A stretch of 64,000 bases of DNA, from positions 14,074,001-14,138,000 of the forward strand of contig NC_081331.1 of NCBI RefSeq assembly GCF_022539665.2, given 5' to 3'. Numbering within the stretch: the first letter of the stretch is position 1; each line of letters begins with the position of its first letter. Source of the DNA: Daphnia carinata (Eukaryota). Under the pieces are notes generated by a model. It saw only the letters and a program-made list of their open reading frames with translations. It was not told the origin of the DNA and did not search any database. This document shows positions 1 to 13,061 of the stretch, one piece after another. The position numbers and the translations under genes were made by a program.

Positions 1-760
1 TTCTCAAAACAAGCAGGGACCTTTGACTGATCCGAGCGCAATCGTAAAGTAATAATAGAATTGCCCAAATGGTATATTATGTCGGGTATATACATTATAG
101 ATAAATGACGCCACTATTGTTTGGGCCACTGGGCCGTTTTGCTAAGTAACTCACTACATTAGCCTATATACTATTGACTATACGGAAACTGCGTACAACG
201 CGCTGTAACACTTGACGTGTATAAGTAAATAAATGATGATGGTCGAATTAGTTGTAACGTAAAACCCAAGAAGCTCTTGGCTATTTGGTAGACTACCCGT
301 CGCACAGATTCGCATATTTGATTCGCCTCTTAATTATTCGGTGAGCAATTATGGTGAGACGAGAGGTGGTAACTCGAAGAACTTTGCTAGGCAGCCGCAA
401 GCAATTGAAAATGTACACACGTGGATATACAACTGTCACCTATCACAACATACACACAGGCAAACAATGTTGAACATGTAAGTACCAGAACTTCATCGAT
501 GGCAAATAAAAAAGTTTATCGTCCTATAAATTCAGTGAGATGGTCAAAGATTTACTAATAGCCGCTTAGTCGTCGTCAGCGTGAAACGTGGAAAGCTATC
601 GTGTTCAACATTGTTGGTAAACTTTAAGGCTCGGTAGGAAAGCCCTCGTTTTACTTGAACGGCCCATACGCTTAGGGGCGATAGCATTTATCAGCTGTCC
701 ATAAAATCGAACGATATTTATTGTTATTCTATTAGAAAACTAATTTCAGCGTTAGGCGTT

Positions 761-2802
761 ATGTGGGGCCGGTTGTTTATTTTGTTAATAACAGGGAATT
801 CATGGGCGGCAGCGTCTAAACGTTATCCAGAATTGAACGGTGCTCATTTAACGTTTGCAGTTTTTCACGTGAGTTCACCAGCAATGGTTCTATAACGCTT
901 TAAATGACGTTTTAAAAGAATGGCAATTAAAACGTTTGCCTTTTCTGAACAATTAAAGAATCCCCCCTACGACGTTCTAACGTTAAGACCTGACGGGAAC
1001 TACTCCCACAAAGGCACCGGACCAACGTGGCAAAGGTGGCTTGCTAAAAAGCTGAACTTTACGTAAGTGTCGTTTTATTGATGAATTACGCCAATGAAAA
1101 TCAATCCATAAAGTCTTAATAAGTTATCTTTATCCCGTCAGTTTCTCCTACCGCTACGTTGTTCTCAATCAAACGACTATCGAAAAATACGGGGCGTCAA
1201 ATATCGAGTTCGGCCTTCGTCTAATAGCCGAGAAGGTAAGTATGCCAAAACCATGCTGCTTTTGGACTCAGTTGAATATTGACTTTTAGTAGCTACTCTC
1301 CCGGTGTTTTGCTAGTGAATCAAAACGACAAAGACTTAAAAACATTTTCTTTTCTTCAGGAAGTCGATGCATTCGTCAACGGACTGACTGCCACTCCAGA
1401 AAGGAAGAAAAAAGTCGATTTCTCGTACTTCATTTGGACGGAGCCGTACGCGATGGTGGTACCTAGACCAGGAGAAGAGCCTCGGCTCTTTGCATTTGTC
1501 CGGCCCTTTCAATCACTAGTGAGTCGATTACAGCACATTTCAATACACAGGGCATAAAAGGTGATTTATCGTTGTTAAACAAAAGATAATTCAATTTGTT
1601 GTTTTATTTTTCAAAGGTGTGGCTACTGATTTTGATAACGATGTTTGCCGTCGTGGGTTTCATGAGTTTCTTTTCAAAGTTTTCCCTGAAAATGGACAAC
1701 AACGTTGCTGGACATCGACGAGAGTCGGGGCAAACACAAACCATGACATTGTCCTTTTATGCCGGTTCTTACTTTATCTATGTTTTGAACATCGTAACCA
1801 ATCAAGGTACCATCCTCCCAGATCATTTCTAAGCCCTAAATCAAAGCATATAAACTCTAATTATTGGTGACATGTTTTCAACAGGAGGAAACGTGAATGC
1901 GACACGCCTTTCGTTCCGAATTCTTGTGGGTGTTTGGCTGCTCATCGCCACTGTATTGGTCAACAGTTATTCGGGCACCATAGTTTCGTACCTGACTGTA
2001 CCAAAAATAAAACCTTCCATCAACACGTTCGAAGATTTAGCCATCAGCAAAGACGTTGAACTCATTATCAAGAAGGACGTTGTTATAGGCCAACAGATAT
2101 TGGTAATTTAAAAAAAATGATTGAAATCATCTGATCCAAGAACTGAGTGGTTATAAATGTATTGCAGGAAGCAAAATCTGGCACTTTCAAGATTCTCGGT
2201 GACAGAACTCGAAATGATCCCGGACGTTTGCTGACAGATCAGACGGAAATTGACAAATTATTAGCAAAAGGAAGTTATGCTTATCCATGGGTAAGCTGTG
2301 CCACTGTCCCCGACAAACAAAACTTCTAATGTCATTAGTTCTATTGCAGATTGTATCGTTTTGCAAATTTTTCATTGCCGGCCAATTTCAAAAAGATGGA
2401 ACCTGCCGCTTTGAGATGTCGGATCCAGTGCCTTTTCAAACGGCCTTTTTCTCCATCGTTCTCCAAAAGAACAGCAAGTTTGCACGAGCATTTAACGACG
2501 CGTATGTCTTTAACAGTCAATGATTTAACATAAAGATGATTCTCTTTATCCTGTTTAGCTTGATGTTGCTCTGGGAAAGCGGGCAAATTACCTTTTGGGT
2601 CACAAACGACATTCCACGAGCACCAAAATGCTTCGCTAAAATAAACCCACGCGCAAATTTAACTCGACAAGTTCCCATCCAATTGAAGGATCTGATGAGC
2701 GCATTTTTCATTTTTGCCATTGGTATGGGCCTGGCAATATTAGCTTTCGTCATGGAAAACGTGATTCACTTTAGAAATGGCCGCATGATGATGGTTGGTT
2801 AA
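761..2802 (+). CDS. Divergent ionotropic receptor (variant iGluR), paralog IR-A, 9 coding exons
   Basis: ATG 761 with signal peptide ([19 protein letters not shown]). GT-AG exons approx. 761-868, 959-1062, 1142-1235, 1360-1518, 1617-1807, 1884-2102, 2168-2290, 2350-2501, 2559-2802. iGluR/IR hallmarks: [11 protein letters not shown] (S1), RPF..VW (pre-M1), TNQG pore, [35 protein letters not shown] (last TM). No large amino-terminal domain. Confidence 0.9.
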
Positions 2803-2973
2803 CTGCGAAATCTCACCAATATCAGGTGCATTTCGAGATGAGTCGATCGAGGCCTTATTTTTCTTGAACTTAAGAAGCCCTTTTCTTGTGGCATTCTTCA
2901 GACAACCTGATTACGATTAAAATATTACACTTTAACTTGTAACTGTTTACATAAGAGGCGAAAAATACACGCA

Positions 2974-3083
2974 GTCACCATAGCAACACATCAATCGCAA
3001 ACTCCCAACAATGTCGCGCTAAATTCGTGATACTTTTGGGCTATTCCTTTTTTTCCGGATACACATCACGTTACCATGGCAAC
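2974..3083. promoter_or_regulatory. Two RFX X-box-like palindromes
   Basis: GTCACCATAGCAAC (2974-2987) and GTTACCATGGCAAC (3070-3083) match the X-box consensus GTNRCC(N0-3)RGYAAC. Function untested. Confidence 0.4.
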
Positions 3084-3643
3084 TTAATTCTTTACTCACG
3101 CAAGTCAGCAATCGTGATGAGTAACCCAGACGCAAAAATATTGAATCGTGTTTTTTGTTCCTATACAGATGATGTGTTTCACATGTAGATAGCAGTCCGA
3201 ATAATTAAATGAAAAAATGTGAACAGTTTCCCATCACTGGCCTTAAAATATAAATTGCGTTCATCGTACCCCTTTTTCCCTAAAAATTCGTGAGAAGGAA
3301 AATGATAATCTGTGGTGGAAAATAGGGAAAGGCAAGTCCCACCCATATTATAACTAAAAATCTAGCAAAATATACTCTAAGATAATCGGCGTGAATTCCA
3401 TTTTGCCAATTATTAACCTCTTAGCAGATAAACTTCTACGCTGGAATTATCTTTTAAAATTCTACATACCTGTTGTCTATGATTCCCAATAAAATAACAA
3501 GAACGAATTGTTTTTTTTTTAATGCATTGTATTTACATACCTGCAAATGTCAAACAAATCAGATCAAAGTGAAAACTCACATTTCTGTTACGTTAGACAC
3601 AAAAATCGGTGGTAAAAATTCCGGTAAATTTTGGTTTTTCTTT

Positions 3644-4960
3644 TCAATGCGATGCTTCTTTGCCAGTGTCGGTGGTTGGGGTCTCAAAGGGATCTGCTAC
3701 GTCACTTGGATTATGGTCCACCTGTTCGTTGGATGGTTCCTCATCCATTTCAGGATGTTTGTCACCTTCCTCTATAACAAGTTGGAATAATCCAGGACAG
3801 GCACATGCCTCTTCTTCCGCATCCGACCGCTTGTGCAACAGATAACTGTCAGAATATGCCCTCCTGTGATGTTCCTTATTCAATCCTTGAGATCCAGCGG
3901 CTCCATGCTCAGGCACTTCCTCGTTTTTCACCGAATCTTTTGAATCTCCCGCGTCATCGACTGATTCCTCTCCTTCCGACTTTTGTGTCTCCGGAGGCAA
4001 AATCGGGTCGACTACTGCCGGATGCTCAGGAACCTCCGGCTTTTCAGCCTTTGGCTCTTGCTCTGTTTCGTTCTTCTTCTCTTCCTCTGGGTTTGTTGGG
4101 TGAAAAATCGGGTCAATTACCGAGTGCCACACGCGGCTTATCAGACCAGGATTGGCAGGTGGCTCGACTTCGTCTTCCTTCGGTACGACTTTGTCAGTCT
4201 CTGCTTCCGTTGGTAAGACTTGGTCAGTCCCTGCTTCCGTTGGTAAGGCTTTGTCCGTCTCTTTTTCCGTTGGTAAGAATACGTCTGTATCTTCGTCCGT
4301 CGGTAAGACTTTGTCAGTCTCTTTTTCCGTCGGTAAGAATACGTCAGTCTCTTCTCCAATGGATAAGAACACGTCTCTCTCTACTTCCGTCGGCAAGGAT
4401 ACGTCTGTCTCATCAATCGAAAAGAATACGTCTCTCCCTGCTTCCGATGTAGAGCTGAGCGGAGTTTCACTGGGTGCTTCTTTTTCTTCCGGTTTCTCGT
4501 TGTTCTTCTTACTGGGCAAGATTGGTTGGAAAGGCTTGAAATGGCTGGGTGGTACCGGTCTGGCTTTGAACGGTTCCAGCTTCACATTTTCCGTTGGTTT
4601 CGTTCCAGTCCTTGAGGTCTTGGTTACGACTGGTTTTTCCGGTGTTACTTTCGTCGACGCATTCCAAGCTGGCCGAGATTGACCTTTCTCTTGTTTCTTC
4701 AACAAGGGCCGGATGTTTTTGTCTTCGGGAATGGCCGGAGTAATGGATGTGTTACGAAAACCTCGATATCTAAATCCAGTCATCACCGTGGCTGAGACAT
4801 GCTGGCCGGAAGGAACTGAAATTACCGGACCGGTCTGGTTGAAAATGGAACTGGAGTTGGCCAAAGCTGGTGGAGCTGATGACCTACTACAGTCGACGAC
4901 CGCTTTCACGTGGAGGAATTGCTTTTTTGTTCCAGAAAGTTTCTCCATTGAAGCATTCAT
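3644..4960 (-). CDS. Intronless orphan ORF (438 aa): basic N-half with TPX2-like motif, acidic repeat C-half
   Basis: 1.3-kb ATG-started open frame, GC-richer than its AT-rich flanks. Contains EPFKARPVPPSHFKPFQP and about 9 decapeptide repeats. Confidence 0.55.
   Translation of the reverse strand: MNASMEKLSGTKKQFLHVKAVVDCSRSSAPPALANSSSIFNQTGPVISVPSGQHVSATVMTGFRYRGFRNTSITPAIPEDKNIRPLLKKQEKGQSRPAWNASTKVTPEKPVVTKTSRTGTKPTENVKLEPFKARPVPPSHFKPFQPILPSKKNNEKPEEKEAPSETPLSSTSEAGRDVFFSIDETDVSLPTEVERDVFLSIGEETDVFLPTEKETDKVLPTDEDTDVFLPTEKETDKALPTEAGTDQVLPTEAETDKVVPKEDEVEPPANPGLISRVWHSVIDPIFHPTNPEEEKKNETEQEPKAEKPEVPEHPAVVDPILPPETQKSEGEESVDDAGDSKDSVKNEEVPEHGAAGSQGLNKEHHRRAYSDSYLLHKRSDAEEEACACPGLFQLVIEEGDKHPEMDEEPSNEQVDHNPSDVADPFETPTTDTGKEASH
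4180..4450 (-). repeat. 30-bp coding minisatellite (about 9 units, LPTE[KA]ETD[KV]V-type)
   Basis: Units such as ttccgttggtaagacttggtcagtccctgc recur with 30-bp period (one 33-bp unit). Confidence 0.9.
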
Positions 4961-5543
4961 TTTCGCTTTGAATTGAAAGTTTTGTAGTTCGAAATATGTA
5001 TTTTGCAGTCGCTAGCTGATTTTCTTATCAAAGATTCGAGCGAGAGGGTACGCCTGGTGCGTCCATACCTTTTACGTATTTCTCGTTCTAAATTACCATT
5101 TCTCACAAAAACCGATTAAAATGAAGGAAATAATGAAATTTACTATTTTATTCATAAAGTTCAATCATAGTTAAACTAATAAAATGATTGGAAAGTATTT
5201 TTAGCCACAAAAACAATCAATCAGGTGTACCGTAGTCTATGGGACGTATGGGCTTGTCGTTATGCGGATGGGTCGTAATTATGCGGATTGGTCGTAATAT
5301 ACAGGTTATTATCACGATCCTGTACTAACACTGTGAGTGACTTGGAATTCGAAAAATATTGCTCCGTAATTAGCGTAAAATGAAATAACGGTTATTTATT
5401 GCTCAGTTTTCTAAAACAATATAGGATGACAACAACTTTAACAACAAACATAACATTTTCAAAAGATTTCAGATCATGAAATGGCATACTGGTTCCCCAT
5501 GTTTGCAGGTCAACAGCCATTGGCTCTGTCAAGATCCACTGTT

Positions 5544-8500
5544 CTACAGCGGGATGGAAGTGGAATCTCTAATGCAGACGCCGATCGGTGGCAACCAACT
5601 TCCGTCTTCGCTCTCTTGAGCCTGCACTTCACAATGTTCTTCTTCCGGCTCGCAAATAACGTCCTATACGTTTCAATAATAAACAATAACTATGAAATTT
5701 CAATTCAAAACGAAAGGATCTCTTACCTCGCAAACGTTGATTGATGGCGGATTAGCTGACACGCAAGTGTAAGACGGACAACATTGGCCAGCAACAGTCA
5801 CTGGCTTGCAAATGGCTGATCCGATCATGGGAGGTGGTGCACATGCTTCACTGCTGCACTTGACATCTGGTGAATCTAGAGTAGCTAAACATTTTCACGG
5901 AATATAACACGGTCTTCTTTATGGACTAAATTAAAAGGTAGACCCACCAATCGCAGAGTCTGCTAACATTGCGTTTTTCAAACAGACGCCGATGGGTGGC
6001 ATCCAACTTCCATCTACACTTTCTTGGCTCTGAATTTCGCAATGTTCGTCATCCTTGCACTTGACATCCTGTTCCAGAAATATAAATCAGTTCCGTTACG
6101 TTACGAAGCAATTAAAAAAGACAATTGACATACGTCACAGACGTTGATGGACGGTGGGTTGGCCGACACGCAGCCATAATTTGGACAGCACTGGCCGGGA
6201 ACAAACTGTGGCCAGCACACGGCTGAAGGGTTCGTAGGTGGGGCTGGGCAGGATTGCGTGATGCACGTCAGTTCCGGCGGAGTAGAGCAAATACATTCAT
6301 CGCAAGGCGTTTCTGAATCCGACAAACGTTCACCAATTTTCAGGGTAAGATTGCCCAACTTGCAAACAGGCTCCGATGAAATATCAACGACATCTAATAC
6401 ATCGGAAATAAGACGATTCATTACAAAGATTTCGACATTTAAACAAATGCTAATTCAATTTACTTGTCGCAATGGGTTCGGTTTCTTCCTCATTAATGTC
6501 TATCCTAGCGCGAGCTCGGGCACGAGCACGAGCTCTAGCTTTGCCTGAAAATGAAAAAGATGAGATGAAATTGAAACGTTAATAATGTTCAGCTTTTACC
6601 TTCGAAAACAGGTGGGGCACAAGCTGCAAGGCATTCCTGTTGGCTGTCGAAATTGTTGGCGTTGCCCAGACAACCGCCGAACGTAAACGGTTTGCATTCC
6701 TTGTCGGCGCTGTCGTAGAAGAATTTCTGCGTAAAACCTCTGCACATGCCGACGTCAGCAGGTAAATTGCAGCGGGCCGATTTATCTATCAAACATTCCG
6801 CATAACTTGCATACCTTTATCACAGGTGAGTTTAATCAAGAAAAGCAATGTTTACCTTCAACAGCTGATTCGCCAGTTTTAGCTACGGGAGTTACGGCTT
6901 CGCCACAGATTTCACGACATTTTTCCAACGTTTCGAAACGATTTTCATTGCCCTGTGCATTCAAAACGTTAGTCTACAATATGAAAATAAAAAAGGTCTG
7001 ATTAAATTCACCTCACAACCACCGTAGTTAAACGCCACGCACTTCTCCTTTGTCACATCGAAAAAGTAATTGGTTTCTAATCCACGACAAGGTCCCGTTT
7101 TCTTCGGCTGGATGCAAACATCGGGCCTTGTTGATGGAACAGCTTTGCTTCGTGATAAAGCGATGGGCAGAGTAGAAACACCTTGTTTGCCGGGCTCAGG
7201 TTGAACGCTGATGATTCTGGAAGAATCGGCTCCAAGATTCATGGGCAACGTAGTGACACCTTGATGCCCAGTTTGGGATTCGATGCGAATGATCCGCGTC
7301 CCAGATGGCTTGCAAGTCTCCAAACAAGTTTCACGCGTTTCGAAACGATTCCCATTTCCCTATAAAAGGAATGAATGTTAACATTTGATTCATAGAATGA
7401 AAGGCTCCATAATGAGGTCTTTACTCTGCATCCTCCGTAAATGAATGGAAGGCAATCGCCTCTTTCTGTGTCGTAATAAAAGGACGGTCTAGACATTTTA
7501 CACGGTCCGATCATTTTGGGCAGAAGGCAATCTTCGGCTTTCACTTTCGGTTCAGCATCTCTCGCTCTGCCGAGATTCATCGGTAACGTGCTCACGCCCT
7601 GCTTACCAGCCTCGGCTTGAATTTGAATAATCCTCGTCTTGTTTTGGTTCACCTCTGCTGCGCTGACTGAAATCACAATGAGAATGAATTCCATCGTAAG
7701 GGTATTACTTAATCCTTTAAAAGAGTGCTTACGGCATTTGTAGCTGATTGGACAACACGCTCCGGACGCGTAAACTGGAACACAGCCGATGCGGTTCTCA
7801 ATGACGCAATGGGCATCTCGGCATCCTGGACCGTCCAAACCTTATTTATGTTTGTAATGCAGAGTATAAACATTTGTGGAATGTCATTGCATTTCAGTTG
7901 TTGCCTTACCAGTGAATCCATCGACACAGGTGCACCATTTGCAAGGATGACCGGAAGGAATTGATTGGCCTTTGAGATATTCTTTCCCATTGAAGAGGCA
8001 AGTGTCTTCCTTCTGCACTTGTCCATCTGGCAGCTTCTCAGCTATAAGGAGGGAATGTTTAAATAAAAATCAAAATGTCATATTTTATGATATTTGACTT
8101 ACGGCATTTATAAGACGGGCAACAAGCACCTGGTGGCGTAACGAGTACGCAACCTTCTTCTTGTGGTGGGAAAGGCACGTCGCAAAAAATCCTGCTGCAT
8201 TTGATTGTGGCACCTCCCTGACTGCGAAATTATGTTTGGTTAACTGAATAGCATGCGACGTGAAAGTTTGATAGAAAAAGAAAGGAAAACTTACTGCTTA
8301 TCACTGGCCACACAGGTGCAACCTGTTTTGCATGCATCATCGTCGTGGATTTGAGAAATCTCTTGACCTATGAGGTAGGAGACATCGCGGTAACGGCAAA
8401 CTCCTTCAGCTGATTTCTCCTCGGCTGTTGGTCAACATTTGTTTTTTAAATTAAAAGTGGGTAGAATATTAAAAAACAAAAGGATGTGAGTCACTTACGA

Positions 8501-11108
8501 CAGATAAATCTTGTTGGACAACACGCTTTCCCTCTGTATTCTGGTCGGCAGCCTCGGTCGATGAATCGCTTGTTTGAGACTGGACAGCCCACTTCTGCGC
8601 ACTCAGGTGCTATAATTAAAAGAAAACAATCATCACTTTAAGTTAGGACCAAACACACAGCAATTCGTTGCGTCTTACTTGTACTGGGCTCATCACCACC
8701 GCAAACCTTGTAACACTCGTCAGCCGTTTTGAAGTTATTGTGATTTCCCTGGCAACCTCCGAAATAAAATAATTCACATCTATTCTTTTCCTTAACGAAA
8801 GCGTATCGTTTCCAAGTAGCAAAACATGGGCCCTTGACGACAGGTAAAGTGCAAATATCCCGCCGAGGTTGGAGGATTTCTTAAATTCAGAAAACCTTTC
8901 GTAAGTACATCACCTTTGCCAATTGTATGAAATGTCTTACTAGGTTTAGGACCGCAAGCTGCGTTGCAATCGCTCTCTGACGTGAACAGGTTGGCTGTCT
9001 TACCGCAACCACCGTACAAGTAGCTTTGGCACTTTCCTACGGTTGAATTAAAAGTCCACGATGGAATGGCAGCCAGACAAGCGAAGGGGCTCGGATGAAC
9101 GGGAGGTAAACTGCATTTGCTATCTTGTTTCATCAGTTCTCTTGTCTCTATTGGCAACGTCACTAATAGGAGAATATTGACCTTATTATTCATTTCTTAG
9201 AATCCCCATGTAAAAGCGAAAAGACGTCCATGCAACAGCTGATCAATTAAGCAACCTATAGAATGCCGTGTATTTCTAAAAACAAGCAACGAGTTTTCAT
9301 GCCAAAATTTCAATAAAAATAGAAGAGGATAGAGCTGAAGACTTGGGAATAAGAAGGGATGAGTGTATGGACGTTCATGCAACATTCCATTTAAGGTGGA
9401 TACGATATTCGAGATATATTATTTCGATGTGCTTTCTCAACAGCAATCGTTTCTGGACGGATCATTCCGGTATTGAGGAAGGTACAATAACAACGGCAAA
9501 CTCACCACTTCAGGCGTCAATGATTTCGATCTTTGCCAATTCTAAAAACAAAAGGACAAGAACAGACCCAAGCGGGAAAAAAAGCATGCTCATCAATTCG
9601 GTACAATATACACAGCGTGACGATAAAACAAATAAGCTTTTTTACATTTATGCCAACATGCATATTAACCAGCAAGTAATGAACTGAAAAGATTGGTTTT
9701 ACCTGCGGGATCAGGGCCGCATGCTGTGTTGCATTCGTCCTGAGAATTGAAGAGGTTGGCCGTTTTGCCGCAACCTCCATACACGTAGCTTTGGCACTCG
9801 TTGGCCGTCGAGTTGAATGTCCACGAGCTGAAATTCAAAGAGAAATGAATATGCAATTCCAAAATGAAGGGGAATTATCTACAAAGATCTTACGGAATGA
9901 AAGCCAGGCAACTGAAGGGACTTGGGGTCACTGGAGGTAAACTGCATTTCTCTTGTCGTGTCAGTTCGGGAGTTTTGTCAGCAACTGCCATATAAATAAT
10001 ATAATGAGGTAATCAAAATTGGCCAGAGTATTTTCGTTAGCTGATGAATTGATAATGACCTGCATCGGAAGCAGGTGGATCGACAAGAGGGGCAACATCT
10101 GTGGGTGGTTTGACAGGTCCTTGCAAACCGTTGCATTTCAGGTCGCATTCATCTGCCGAGCTGAAATTGTTGTCGTTGCCACCGCAACCAGTGTACGTGA
10201 ACGACGTGCATTCTCCAGTTTGCGTGTCAAAAAAGAAACTCGGTATAAATGCACGACAATTGCCTGTGGCTTTCTTTTGCATGCACGGAGAAGTCGGGTC
10301 ACTTTCGCTGATTTTCTTCTCCAATCCTTCAAAGAATAAACGCATTTTTTGGTGTTGTTGTTGCAACAGCCTGCATTTCTTATGTATTCTTAATTTCAAT
10401 TACCTTGTTTGTTGCATTTGGACAGACAAGCAAATTCATTCTTGAACAAATTTTCGGTGCCGAAGCATCCGCCGTATGTGAATTTCTCACAAGCTTCCGT
10501 CTTGGCGTTATAAGTCCAGCGGGGAATGATGCCACTGCAGGCTATCGGGCTCGGGTTGACGGGCGGTAACGAGCAAATGTCAACATCAGCCTTGACTTCT
10601 TCTGTACCGCCTTTAACACCAGGACCTGTTGGCATGCAGACAAGTCTAAATTATTCATCTACACACGCCCCATACGAATACGTCTTTTATCACGCGATGG
10701 CATAGCCATTTTGTTTTTATATGGCTCCAGAAAGATGCACGTAATTTAATACGCCTTATGGCCGATACAACCATTAAAACGTCGCTGACTGCCCTTTGGG
10801 CTATATACTCTGATGATACCCGGACAGAGTTTCCGGTTCTATCATGGCTAGTGTAATTCAAACCCTGTTACCCTTTCCTCACAAAATACAAAAAACTTGA
10901 TAGAAATAATGAGCAAAGTCGAAGCAGATTACGTTCCTAACTCGTCAATAATCAACGACCAAAAATACGTCCAAAATCGACACGAAAACCGTAGAATACA
11001 AGAGCAAATAATCTATTTAACTTAAAAATAATTGGCAGTGGTTCACTTACGAGGAATGGCGAAGGCGGTGGCTGTCACGCAGAACAGGAAAACGATTTTC
11101 CCCAACAT
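5544..11108 (-). CDS. Secreted mosaic protein Kun-1: 8 Kunitz/BPTI domains + VWC-like + follistatin-N-like modules
   Basis: ATG 11108, signal [19 protein letters not shown]. Order: K1-K5 (about 10645 to 8680), Cys-rich/VWC-like x2 (8610-7730), K6-K8 (7530-6600), K(AR)6 mini-exon, VWC-like, two CxDVxC..EHCE..PPIGVC repeats, TAG at 5544-5546. The Kunitz domains show six Cys and [YF][GT]GC.G..N.F motifs. Some exon boundaries are approximate. Confidence 0.88.
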
Positions 11109-13061
11109 TTTCTGCTGAACTTTGGATCCTGAAGATCAACTTGTAACTGCTGCTACTAAATGCCTTTCAAAAAATTTGTACGAGTACTGCAGACGTATTC
11201 TTCTGTTGGCTAGTTGTGTTTGACTGAATAACAAAACCGAGTCCCGCCCGCTTTTATACTGCCGGCAGCTGAAATCAACCGCGTGCAGAACGCTGCAACA
11301 GCACGCTGCCATTCGCCTTGGAAATTTCCCAGCTTTAAAACAGTCAATAACAACAACAAACAGAAAGAGCCCACGAGGCAAAAACGAGAAGGAGGAGGTT
11401 CCACAAGGAGGCTAAATGAAATAGCGTGACACGCTTTTGATTGATGTGTGTATAAGCACTACGCAGAGTACAAACACGCGTTGTGCTAAAACAAAAATGC
11501 AGCACGTGTTGACGTCAAGCTTTTCTGATGGGTTTTTCTTTAGCTGTGCTAGCCATCACAAATCTTTCGTCATCCTTTTTTTGAATGTCATCTCGTGTTA
11601 AGCACTTGACGTATTCTTCACGTCATCGTCCATTTCCCATATCCAGAAATTGCGCAAATGGATCAATATGTACGACTGCGCAAATAAATTTACACAGCTA
11701 AGGTAAGCAATGACATCTACGTAATCATTTACATTGATTCGTGATTAAACAACACGCTGGAGTACAGGTCAGAAACGCAGTCACGTTATTTAATGGTATT
11801 AAATTTAGAAGAAGAAAAAAGGGAAAAGTCGGTGGGGACTAGTCATCGAAAAAGGAATTGACGATGAAAGTTTGTACGATGTCGAAATTCATTATTCACC
11901 AATCCATGCACACCACAAGTTAGCAGGCTATACACGGTTTGCGAGGAAAAACAAAACAAGAATTTCCACTTAACCTCTCGTTCAGTGTTTGACCAATCCC
12001 GGCATCGATGTAAGCAGAAAGTTTCTCTCCGGCTAACACGTCGTCATAGAATCAACGCTGCTTTCCTTTTCCTTCTGACATTAACACAATTTGATGAAAA
12101 AGCTAAACCGTCTAGTGTCGTACTTGATATTCCATCATTGAATTTGTGTGTGACGCAATCATATCGTAGACGTGGTATGAGCAATCAGGTTGAAGGACAA
12201 CAAGAAATGCTTAACTTCGTTCAATGTCTTATAAGTGGGAAAACCCCAGAAGGACGGCGATGTTGAGGTGCCACTGTATCATTTCTTGATCCTTCTACTA
12301 AGCATGTATAACAGTAAATAATAGCTACGCTTGAAGAGTATCAAATACGTGCAATGGACACGTTCGGCTTTGTTTGTTTTCCGTGTCATTACGTCACAAA
12401 ATGGTCGGGTTTTCTCGTCGTGACTCAATTTTCCTGGCTTTACGCTGTTGTTAGAAACTGGTTTAACGATCCGTTGTACACTATTTAAAACTCTTTTGTC
12501 AGTGAATTGGAAAGCGATTACCCTTGACCGCATTCGCAATACCGGCATTGTACTGTGTCTATATAACAAGAAACCTGTGTGACGCATGGAAGCGCAGTCC
12601 CGCTTCAAACATCCTTGTTACTGTCGGCTATGTTATATTTTTGTAATAATAGCGACGTGTTGGATTCTGGGAAAATCCCAACTCTTTGCCATTTTGTTTA
12701 CAATAACACAGGAAGTAATGTTCTTGCGTCATTCAAAACACTCCCACCCATGTGCGTGCTGTGCCCATTAAACGCGTTACGCCTAATAGTTGTTGACAAA
12801 TGACCAAACATGCAGGGCGATGCCTTTTATTTACATATTACACCAAATAAAAATAGGTAGGAGTTAAATGAAGAGCAATGTAAGAAGAATAATTAATCTT
12901 TGTTGTAGGAAAATGTTTGCCAAAGGCTAGGAGTTCTGCATTGTTGGGACAATCGATGGCTATGCTAATGGTATCGGTTATGGGTCTCGGTCCCTACATC
13001 TCATCTTTGTCCTAGTGTTTTAAATGGGAGTTCAGGCTGCTTGATTGTGTTTGATCAAGTC

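Noticed and set aside
4180..4450. CRISPR-like array
   Set aside because: Contiguous coding minisatellite without unique spacers, in eukaryotic DNA.
3805..4682. Plus-strand ORFs of 215 and 176 aa
   Set aside because: Antisense shadows of the repeat-containing minus-strand ORF.
2940..5340. Defined DNA transposon around the orphan ORF
   Set aside because: No terminal inverted repeats, target duplication or transposase motif found by eye.
5544..11108. Calling Kun-1 papilin or TFPI
   Set aside because: No thrombospondin, Ig or PLAC domains seen, and the architecture does not match TFPI; no gene symbol assigned.
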